This document shows, one piece after another, positions 51,301 through 61,600 of a stretch of DNA of 64,000 bases. Both the position numbers and the translations under genes were made by a program. Origin of the DNA: Azolla caroliniana (Eukaryota > Plantae > Polypodiophyta); assembly GCA_043228905.1 (NCBI GenBank), contig JBHGNT010000001.1:3658001-3722000 (forward strand), written 5' to 3'. The notes under the pieces are model-generated. The model saw only the letters and a program-made list of their open reading frames with translations. It was not told the DNA's origin and searched no databases. Position 1 is the first letter of the stretch, and every line of letters starts with the position of its first letter.

Positions 51301-53712
51301 TCGGCACAGTAAACTCGAGCCGGATTCCCTTCGAGCGACAGTACTCCTTGAACTGCCCCCGGTATTCCCCTCCGTTATCCGCTCGTATCGCTTTCAGCTT
51401 CTTGCCGAATTCCCTTTCCACTCTCGCGTGGAGTTCTTTGAAGATGCACAACACTTGGTCCTTTGTCTTCAACGGTGCCGTCCACAGCTTCCGACTGTGG
51501 TCATCAATGAATGTCACGAAGTACTGGGCTCCGCCATGTGACTTCGTTTCTACTTGACACACGTCAGTGTGCACCAACTCCAATGGTGCGCTACGTCTCG
51601 TCGGTGGCCTTGAGTGGAAAGAGGTTCGGTTCTGCTTACCGGCCAGGCAATCGGTGCACTTCTCCAGGTGCACATGCTTCACTGGAATAAGGTTGTCTTC
51701 TGCAAGCCTCTTCATCCCCTTCTCACTCATGTGGCACAGTCTCTTGTGCCACAGCTCACCGGCAGTGTCGGCTGCCACGTTCAACTCCTCCGGACACAAC
51801 CAGGCATTCATAAGGTACAGTGTGTTGACTTTCCGGGCCCGAGCCACTATCAGGCTCCCCTTGCTGAACTTCATTACGCAGTTCCAGATGCTACCTGTGT
51901 AGCCTTCATCGTCTAGCCTCCCGGCCGAAATCAGGTTCAATCGAACCTCCGAAACGTGTCGGACATCCTTCAGCAACATTTTGCATCCGGTCGAGGTTGT
52001 TAACCACACGTCTCCTATGCCGGCAATCCGGCACGTACCTTCATTTCCCATCCAAACACAGCCATGCTCACCGGCTGTGTAGGATGAGAAGTATCTTCTT
52101 TCCGGGGTCAGGTGGAACGACGCTCCGGAATCGACCACCCAGGTAGTCTCATCGCCGGCAATGTTTAGTTCACCTTCTTCGGTGATGAGCATGATCTCCT
52201 CTTCACTTGCCGCGAGTGCCGTCGTTCCTTTCTGGTCCTGCCCTCGCCGATCCGAACCATTCCGGTCTGTGGCTCCCCGGTAAGCACCGTTCCGTTCCGA
52301 AGACTTCTTCGAATCGGTGTCGTCGGCTCCGTTGTCTTTTCGGTAATGCCGACAATTCTTTCGGAAGTGCCCCGGCTTCCCACAGTGGAAGCATGTGGGC
52401 CTTCCTCTTGACTGTGACCGGGTCCCCGACTTCTCCCGTCTTGGCGGACTCCGGTTCCGTTGTCTTCCCCGATCCGATTCGGTAAGCAGCATCTTCGGAT
52501 CGGAGGCCGGTTCTTTATCTCTCCGACGCGCTTCTTCGTTCAAAATGCTTGTCTTTACCGTTTGTAGGGACAAGTTATCTTCGGTGCAGGAGGTGCTGAG
52601 AGTCACCACCAAGTTCTCCCAGCTTTCCGGCAATGTACACATCAGCATGATGGCTTGCATTGCATCCTCCAACGGGAACTTGATCGCCGCAAGCTGGTTC
52701 ACGAATCCCATGAACGTGCTTACGTGTTCCACCATACTCTCGCCGTCCCGGTACTTGAGGTTCACTATCTTCCTCATCAGGGAGGTCCGGTTCAACGCAT
52801 TCTTCCTCTCGTAGAGGCCCGACAGCTTCTGCCACATCTCATATGCGTTGGTGTCGTTCGCCACATGTTGTAGAACGCTCACGTCGACGTATTGCCGAAT
52901 GGTTGCAACGGCTTTCCGGTTCAGAAGCCTCCATTCCGTCTCAAGTACCCCCTTGGGTATTTCCGACCTGTCGATCGGTTCATACAGGTCCCGAACAATG
53001 AGCAGATCCTCCATCTTTATCTTCCAGTCGGCGTAGTTCTGCGCATTCAGCACCATCATCCCCGGCTGCCCGCTGCTGCCGCCTTCCATTTTTCTGCACT
53101 TGAGTCGCTCTGATACCAGATTGTTAGGGAATCGACACTTTCCAAACCTTCACCTCTCGGCCACAACCGAGGAAACACGAATCAATGCAGAAGTAAATCA
53201 AAAACACAGAGAGAGACTCGAATGCACAGGGTTTAGCGTGGAAAACCCTAGACGGGAAAAACCACGGGAGTGCAAGACTCCAACTATCACTATACACAGG
53301 GAATGTACAATGGCGAGCTGCAAGGCGACGACCTTGAGCTCGTTGTCCTCGCCACAGGCGGCGGTATTACACAGAGGCGTCGACCTCTTCCTTTCTCTCT
53401 CTCTCACTCTCTCTCTCGGCTGCTCTCACTTCGCTCCCTCTAAGTGGAAAACAGAAAAATGAGCAACAACAACAACTGTTTGCCCTAAGTCATATTTATA
53501 CACATATGACTTTCGGGCTATTTACAAGTATAGCCTCAAGGGCCCTTGGCAAACATATTCACAAATATGTCCCCGCATCCGGATCTCTCTCCGGGTACAT
53601 TCGTCATCCGGCTCCGTAGCCGGGGTCTTCATCATCCGGATCCGAAACCGGGTCTTCATTCCCGATTCCCGGACATCTGACCATCCCATCCGGAGGGACC
53701 GTAATCCCAACA
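48360..53712 (-). mobile_element. Ty1/Copia LTR retrotransposon (Tnt1/Tork-like), nested in the Gypsy gag
   Basis: LTRs 48360-49005 (646 bp) and 53122-53712 (591 bp), TG...CA; TSD ccaat (48355-48359, 53713-53717); PBS TGGTATCAGAGC (tRNA-iMet) at 53118-53107; PPT AGGGGGAG next to 49006. Confidence 0.98.
49016..53089 (-). pseudogene. Copia gag-PR-IN-RT-RNaseH polyprotein: one reading frame with two premature stops
   Basis: CFHCGKPGHFRKNC, WVVDSGAS, LWHKRLCH, VHTDVC, RADNGGEY, NGLAERMNR, SLYGLKQAPRQW, LLYVDD, GFTDSD, LSTTEAEY, TKHI. The three ORF pieces share one frame; stops at 50456-50458 and 49958-49960. Confidence 0.95.
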
Positions 53713-54499
53713 CCAATCGGTATCCAATTGATGCTGCTCGTGTGGGATTAGTGGGAACTTTGCAATGCGGTACAACGTTAGCATGGTTCGCACCACTTCT
53801 CGAGAAGAAATCGCCATTGCTGGAGGATTTTGAGGCATTTGTTAAAGAGTTTCAAGCTAGTTTCGGAGACACCGACAGGACTAGGACAGCGATAAACAAG
53901 ATTTGAAGGCTTCGACAAGGAGATCATCCCGCGTCGTCTTATGCAGCCGAGTTCCGTCTCTTGGCATGCGACATCCCTTGGGATGAGGCAGCTTTAATGG
54001 ATCAATTCCGTCAAGGTTTGAGAAATGATGTCAAAGATCTTCTTCTTACTTTCCCTGAAGATCTGAAGTCACTTACAGAAGCCATTAGTCGAGTTGTGCG
54101 ATGTGATAATCGCCTATTTGAGCAACGTTCTGAGCGCCAACAAATGTAACACCGCCAACCTGAGCAGACTTACGCTTCCGTAGTCGCAACGCCTCCACAA
54201 GTTTCTAGACCCATTACAAGGGATGGCCCAACTCTGATGGAAATAGAGTCAACACAACGTCGTGGGCTGTTATCAGATGCTGAGAAGCAACGACGTTGAG
54301 CACATCACCTCTGCTTGTATTGTAGCGGTCCAGGACATATAGCTGTAAATTGTCCACATAAACCTAGGCGTCAAGTATACCAAGTAAGTGCCCATGAAAA
54401 CCCACCATCGAGTTCTATTGTTACTTCTAATAACATAAATAAGCCTCATAGTCCATGTCATGAGAATAGATTCGATGTCTTGAGTCAATTAGAGGATGT

Positions 54500-54583
54500 G
54501 TTAAACGAGTAAGTTCGGCCAAAATAGGAGCCATTTGGCTGGACCATCCTAGCTATGTAGAGTTAGTTCCTAGTCATGGTTCC
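54500..54583 (+). other. Candidate -1 programmed ribosomal frameshift signal (G_TTA_AAC plus pseudoknot)
   Basis: Heptamer 54500-54506 in the gag frame, 2 codons before the gag stop; pol is open in the -1 frame from 54470; 6-nt spacer; 11-bp stem 54513-54523/54534-54544. Confidence 0.75.
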
Positions 54584-57500
54584 ATTTCATCAAATCAAGT
54601 GAGTCGAGTTTTTTCAGCACAAGTCGAGCTTACCACATCTATATGTCATCGAGTCCTAGCCTCTGCCCTTCTAGATTCTAGAGCCAACTCTTGTTTCATG
54701 GATCGTGAATTTGCCTTGTCACAAAACATCCTCTTGAATAAGCTTCCCAGCCCAGTAGCCGTAAGAGTCATTGATGGACGTCCCATAGCATCAAGAGATA
54801 TAGTCGAGGAGTCTGAGCCAATTAGGATAGTTCTTGGCAATTTGGCAAGCATAATCTCTTTCAATATTATTCATAGTCCGGACCACCCAATAGTTTTAGG
54901 TCTCCCCTGGTTTGAACTCCATAACCCGAAGATTGATTGGATGAAAAGAACAATTGAGGAGACCCGGGAAAAAAGCACAAATTCCGCATCCCTCTCTCCT
55001 ACATGTGCTAATAGATCCCCGGAGTTATCGCCCATCTCTTTACGACAGTTGCGGGAGGAAGGGGGGAACGAGGCCATGTTCGTCTTCGCAATAATAACAA
55101 CTCCATCATCCACTTCACGTGAAGCGGATATTAAACTACCAGAGAAATACAAGGAGTTTTCAGATGTCTTTGATAAGGTGAAGGCCAATACATTGCCGGA
55201 GCATCGGCCATATGACTGCCCTATTGACTTACAACCAGGGAAAGAACCTCCATGGGGCCCAATTTATAATCTCTCCCCTATAGAGCTAGAGACTTTGCGG
55301 GAATATATTGATGAGAATCTGGCAAACGGATTCATTCGACATTCTAGATCCCCTGATGGTGCACCTATCTTCTTTGTTAAGAAGAAGAATGGGACTCTTC
55401 GGTTGGTCGTGGATTATCGAGGGCTAAACAAAGTGACTATCCGAAATAGATATGCTCTACCATTAATCCCGAATCTTTTGGAACGTCTCAGTGGTGCAAA
55501 ATATTTCACGAAGTTGGACCTTCGCAGAGCATATAATCTAGTTCGGATTCGCCCGGGGGATGAATGGAAGACAGCTTTCCGCACTCGCTATGGACATTTT
55601 GAGTATACAGTGATGCCATTTGGTCTCACGAATGCACCTGTTGTTTTCCAACATATGGCGAACGATATTTTTCGAGATTTTCTTGATATCTTCACTATAG
55701 TTTACCTAGATGATATTTTAATCTACTCAAAGACCCAAGAGGAGCATGATGAACATGTTCGTCAAGTACTGCGCCGACTCCGAGAATATGGTCTCTACGC
55801 AAAATTAGAAAAGTGTAGTTTCGGCCAGAATCAAGTGGAATTTTTGGGGTATGTTGTATCGTCAAATGGTATTGCTATGGACCCCATGAAGGTACTAGCA
55901 ATTTTAGAGTGGCAAGCGCCCCTTTCAGTGCGTGATGTGCAATGTTTTCTCGGGTTTGCAAATTTTTATCGAAAATTTATTAAAGATTATTCCAAGGTTG
56001 TGCTTCCGCTTACTCAGCTCACACATAAAGATCAACCATTTATATGGAGTTCAGATGCAGCCGAGGCATTCGAAAGCTTAAAACGAGCATTTACAACGGC
56101 ACCTATCTTAGCACATGTCGACCCAACAAAACGCTTCATCCTCAAAGCCGATGCATCCAATTTTGCACTAGGGAGTGTCCTCTCGCAGACTGGAGATGAT
56201 GGAAAACTACACCCTATCGTCTTTCATTCACGAAAGTTTGAAGCTGCAGAGATCAACTACGAGATCCATGACAAAGAGCTTCTTGCAATCGTGGATTCGT
56301 TTCAACAATGGCAACATTTCCTAGAAGGTTCTTCTCAGCAAATCATTGTCTACAATGATCATAAGAACCTGACTTATTTCCAAAATGCTCGAGTCTTGAG
56401 TCGGCGACAAGTCCGGTGGGCGCAATTTTTGACTCACTTCGACTTTATCATCATATATCGCCCTGGGATGCAGCAAGGCAAAGCATATGCTCTTTCTCGG
56501 CGCTCTTATATGGAACTTCGTCCAGGGGAACCTGCATTTGAGCATCAAAAACAAATCCTTTTGGGTCCTAATCAATTACGATTAATGGTAGTTAACGCCA
56601 TAACAACTCTTGAAAATTCCACTCTTCTTGATTCCATTCGAGATCATATGGCCACTGATGATTTCGCCAAGGATGTTTTGGATCATATCGTCCCGAATCA
56701 TGCTTCTTGCTCATAGTCGAAAAATCCTCGTAATGACTATTGTCAGTTCTATTGGCATGATGGTTTTCTATTTCGACAAAATTTATTGTATGTTCCTGAT
56801 GGTCCCCCACGGCTACAAGTTTTGCAACATTGCCATGACTCACCAATGGCTGGTCATTTTGGAGTTCACAAGACTCTAGAATTAATTTCTCGACGCTATT
56901 GGTGGCCTCGCCTTCGTCATTTTGTTGAGGAGTATGTTCGGAGTTGTGATATATGTTGTCGATCAAAGAATCCTCGTCACCGACCCTATGGCTTACTACA
57001 ACCACTTCCCATTCCGGAAACACCTTGGCAGTCTATATCCTTGGACTTCATTACTGATCTCCCAGTTTCAAAAGGTTTTGATGCAATTCTCACAGTGGTT
57101 GATCAATTTACCAAAATGGCACATTTCTTGCCATGTACAAAGTCGATTACTAGTCAAGAGACGGCTGATCTCGTTATGCGGGAGGTATTTAAGCATCATG
57201 GTCTGCCGGATGATATTATTAGTGATCGTGGTCCATAATTCATCTCAAAGTTTTGGAAGCACCTGTTCAAACTTCTCCACATTTCAATTAAGCTTTCTTC
57301 GGGCTATCATCCTGAAACAAATGGCCAAACAAAGCGTACCAACCAGACATTGGAACAATATCTTCGTTGTTTCATCAACTATCAACAAGATGATTGGGTT
57401 GCTTTTTTGCACTTGGCGGAATTCGCTTACAACAACTCAGCCCATTCTTCTACAGGATATTTCCCATTTTTCGCAAATATGGGTTGTCATCCTCGGTGGA

Positions 57501-57898
57501 CGATGAATGCGCATCCAGAAGTTCCTACCAACCCTGCTGCCGAGGATCGTCTTAGTCGCCTCCAAGAAATTCAAGTTAACATTCTCCACAATTTGCACGA
57601 GGCTCAATTTACACACAAGAGGCTTGCCGATCGTCATCGTCTAGACTCCTCAAAAAAGTTCCGCATTGGGGATCATGTATGGCTTCTCCAACACAACATC
57701 AAGACCACTCGACCTTGCAGTAAATTGGATTACCAACGTTTTGGCCCTTACATGATCACTGGTAAGATAAGTGATGTTGCATTTCGTCTTGACCTCCCTC
57801 CGCACATGCATCTTCATCCGGTATTTCATGTATCCCTTTTGGAACGTTATACTACAAGTTCAATTCCAGGCCGTCTTACGACACCCCCACCACCTGTC

Positions 57899-58018
57899 GA
57901 GTTCTTGGACGGGCCTGAATTTGAAGTTGTTGCCGTTCTCGATTCCAAAATCGTGCGAGAGTTCTTGGACGGGCCTGAATTTGAAGTTGCTGCCGTTCTC
58001 GATTCCAAAATCGTGCGC
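57899..58018 (+). repeat. 60-bp in-frame tandem duplication at the start of the chromodomain
   Basis: EFLDGPEFEV(V/A)AVLDSKIVR x2. Confidence 0.95.
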
Positions 58019-58202
58019 AACAAGCTGTATTACTTAGTCGATTGGCTAGGCTATACCCCCAATGATCGAACTTGGGAAACTGCCACAAATCTTTCCAATG
58101 TTGCAGAACTCGTCAATGCATTTCATCGCCAATATCCTTGTAAACCAGGTCTTAATACAAACCCTACGACCCGTGAGACGTGTCGTCGAAGAAGGGGGAT
58201 AG

Positions 58203-58673
58203 TGTCATGATAACAATCACATCATGCATCGAAAGGATCATGACACTCACATTATGACTCGAAAGGATTTGAACCCACGACCTTGTTGTACACATGTCAA
58301 ATCCTTAACCATTGTATTAATATTCTTATATGTATAGTCTCTAGAATATGAAATCTAATATCATAGGAATATTCCATATTACTCTACATTCTAGAATGAC
58401 CTAGAATATTCTAGAGTGTTCTATACCACTAGAACCTTCTAGAATACTCTAGAGATCTTCTAGATTACTCTACATTCTAGGATAACCTAGAATATTCTAG
58501 AGTGTTCTCTATTACTTATAAATAGGGATCTACCACCCATCCCAAACCTAAATTGGTTCAACGCCATTTTGTAGCCTACTCTTTGTAATCCATTTTACGC
58601 TTCAATATAATAATTCTCTTTCAATTATCTCTCTATCTCTTTTTCTCTCTCTTTCTCTCTCTCAGTCTTGACA
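58203..58673 (+). repeat. Gypsy 3' LTR
   Basis: Copy of 47471-47941, followed by TSD atatc. Confidence 0.97.
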
Positions 58674-61600
58674 ATATCCTCTTTTTGCAAGAGCATCACC
58701 TGTGCAGGGATAGGATTCAAAAGTATGGATCCATTTTACCAGGACAGTGGACTCATTTTTGGGTTCCTACCTTTGGTTCAAATAGTCGTCAAGCCGGATT
58801 ATGTATAGCTCTTAGACAACACTTGCAATCTATTATCTTATCAGCAGGTATTGTTATAATGAATAAACGGGCAGAATTTATTATCATAAAAATAGGGTCT
58901 TAGAAGGTTGGCCTAATGAATATCTATGCTCCTAACTCCGCGTCCGCGAGGGTGGGTTTTTGGTTGTCTCTTGTGGAATATGCGGGGTTAGCATATTGTT
59001 GGTTGGTGGGAGGCGATTTTAATATGATTGAAGATGCTTCTAATAGAATAGGATGTACAACTACCACAATTTCAAGTTGGGAACCTAAGTGTTGGGAATC
59101 ATTTTCTTTTGCTTTTGGTCTACTTGATTTATGGAAGGTGCAGTCTTTCTCACATATACAAGGGTCCCTACATTTTCTAGATCAAATGGGAGTGTGGTTA
59201 GTGCAACTTTGTCTCGGCTGGATAGATTTTATGCCAACAGTTTCTTTTGGGATGCAGGCGAATCCCTTGGCATTATTCCTGGATCAACGATATCTGACCA
59301 TGACCCTCTGAAGTTAAATGTTACATTTTACAAGAAGAGATACTCTAAGCAGTGGCGTATTCCTCCTTCCTTACTATCTGATGATAGCCATCGGATGTCA
59401 ATTGTTCAGATATGGTCAAAATACAACTTTACGGATGATTGTTTGATTCTTCGCAATATGGTTGATGCCATACTTGATACAAAGAATTTCTTCATGAATA
59501 TAGTCTCCACTTCGGTGTATCGCTACAATTCAGAAATTGCAAATTTGCGTCGTGCTCTTCCAGCATTACAAAAACTGTTGGAAAGGTATCCAACTTCATC
59601 CATGCTACTTTTTTATTTGCAGCGGGTAAAAAGAAATTTAAAAGAAAAGCAACATGCACATTCCACGTTCTTCTTTTATCGTAATATTGCTCGTTGGTCA
59701 CAAAAGCAAGATCGAGTTAATAAGGAATTCTTCAATCAATTCAAACGAAAATATAAACCTGTCTTTATTACCTCTTTGAAATGGCCTGATGGATCATATA
59801 CATCAGATGACTACGAGATGCGAGGTATAATCTCATATTACTATCATCAATTGTTGTCTGCTACAACTTTTACAACAAATAGTCTTTATAAGAAACAAGA
59901 TATACTTGCAACTATTAAACAAAAGATCACAAATGAAATGGCATCTCATTTGATACAACCATTTACATTTCAAGAGGTGTTATTTGCAACTAAATCCTTG
60001 GGTAAGGATGTTTGTCCCGGAAAAGACAGAATAGCAATTGGCTTCTACTTACATTATTGGGATTCTCTTGGCCCTATCCTTACTAGAGCGACTAATCTAA
60101 TTTTTTCAACGGGAACTATGCCGGTGGAATGGAAGGAAGGAATAATATATATGATTCCTAAGTACAATGTGCAATGTGATGAAGTTTCTAAGTGGCGGCC
60201 AATAACACTGCTCAATGATATTTATAAGATTGTGGCAAAAACAATTGCCATTAGATTACGATCTTTGTTGCCATCTATTATTCATGATACGCAGTCTAGT
60301 TTTATACAAGACAACAACATTTTTTATAATATCTTTTTGTTCTGGGAAATGGTTGCACTAGCTCAACAAAATAAACAACAAATGGCAATTTTACTATTGG
60401 ACTTTGAAAAAGCCTATGACAAAGTAGATTGGGACTTTCTTGAGGCAGTGTTGTCAAGATTAAGTTTTCCTAATGCATGGATAAATGGTGTTTCGGCCTT
60501 ATATAGGCAAGCCTCTAGCTCAATTTTGTTTGTTGGAAGTTATGGGCTAATATTTCCGATTTCCAGGTCGATTAGGTAAGGATGTCATCTTGCCCCTTCT
60601 CTTTTTATCTTGTATGAGGAAGCTCTAGCCTCATACCTAAGATCTTCTTCAGCTAGTATAAAAGGTATAGCATTACCTATTGCATAGTCTACTGTATTGG
60701 ATGTTGAGTTTGCAAATGATACGACCCTCTATGTTGATGGGGAGATTGGTAATCTCAGGCAGGTACAAAATGCTTTGTAGAATTTCTCGAAAGCTACATG
60801 TGCCTCTCTTAATTGGAATAAGTCGGTAGGGTTATGGGTGGGTGCAGAGCCTCATCCCGCTTGGTATCCAGGTTCTACTTTTTGCTGGCTTAACCAAGGT
60901 GAACCTGTTCGGTATTTGGGATGCCTAGTTGGTATAGAGTTAAAATCAGAAGCTATGTTATCACCGCTACTATTATCAATAAAGCATAAACTTCTATATT
61001 GGGATGCCCAACAATGGTCCTTTGCAGGTCGGGTTGTAGTAGCAAATTCAGTACTTTTGGCCTCCATGTGGTTTATAGCTTATGTTTGGTTATTTTCTAG
61101 GTCAGCAATAATGAAAGTACAAAGCTTGATTCGTAATTTCCTCTGGGAAGAAAAAATGGATCTCGAACAATAACCAAAGTTGCTTGGAAGGTGTTGATTC
61201 AACCTAAAATCCATGGAGGGTTGGGTTTGATAGATCCTTTGATGCAGTCAAGAGCCCTCCTGGTTAAGTTTGTGATTCAAGGATTGTTGCTAGGGTCAGA
61301 AGCCTGGAAAGGAATGTTTCTAAACCAACTAATGAAGTTAAGTCCTAGGACAGGGGGAGTTTGGTCTCCCTCTCTAAAATGGTTGTTCTTGAATGATGTA
61401 CAAACGCCAAGGCGGGATCTAACTTCTAACCGATTTTTGTTAGGAATCACAAGGGCATGGGATGAGATCAAGCCATTTCTAATTAAGGAGAAGCCTTCTA
61501 CTTGGGATGCATTGGTCAATCAGCCTCTTCTTGGAAATTCTCTATTTCGGGATAATGTAGGAAAAGTGTTGGGTCTTAGAACTCACCTTGCTTGGGGTAA

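Larger units (their letters stand above)
48030..54512 (+). pseudogene. Gypsy gag (retrotrans_gag plus CCHC knuckle), split by the Copia and with 4 nonsense codons
   Basis: MESVSKQEY..EPKISLPAKFDG..QLHPN | RYPIDAARV..RLRQG..QFRQGL..CLYCSGPGHIAVNC; stops at 48219, 53904, 54147, 54297. Confidence 0.9.
54500..58210 (+). pseudogene. Gypsy pol (PR-RT-RNaseH-IN-chromodomain) with 2 nonsense codons
   Basis: LLDSRA, LRLVVDYRGLN, YTVMPFGLTNAP, VYLDDILIYS, ADAS, YEIHDKELLAI, DHKNL, HDSPMAGHFG..C..C, SLDFI, ISDRGP*, PVFHVSLL, YYLVDWLGYTPNDRTWE. Stops at 56714 and 57236; the ORF runs through the PPT and stops inside the 3' LTR. Confidence 0.95.
47471..58673 (+). mobile_element. Ty3/Gypsy chromovirus LTR retrotransposon (Tcn1/Tf1-sushi-like)
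   Basis: 471-bp TG...CA LTRs at 47471-47941 and 58203-58673; TSD atatc (47466-47470, 58674-58678); PPT gaagaagggggat(ag) 58188-58202; order gag-PR-RT-RH-IN-chromodomain. Confidence 0.97.

Noticed and set aside
49121-53462. Many long overlapping antisense and off-frame ORFs in the Copia, and the 113/120-aa LTR ORFs
   Set aside because: Expected by-product of high GC content; no recognisable domains, and the LTR ORFs lack ATG starts.
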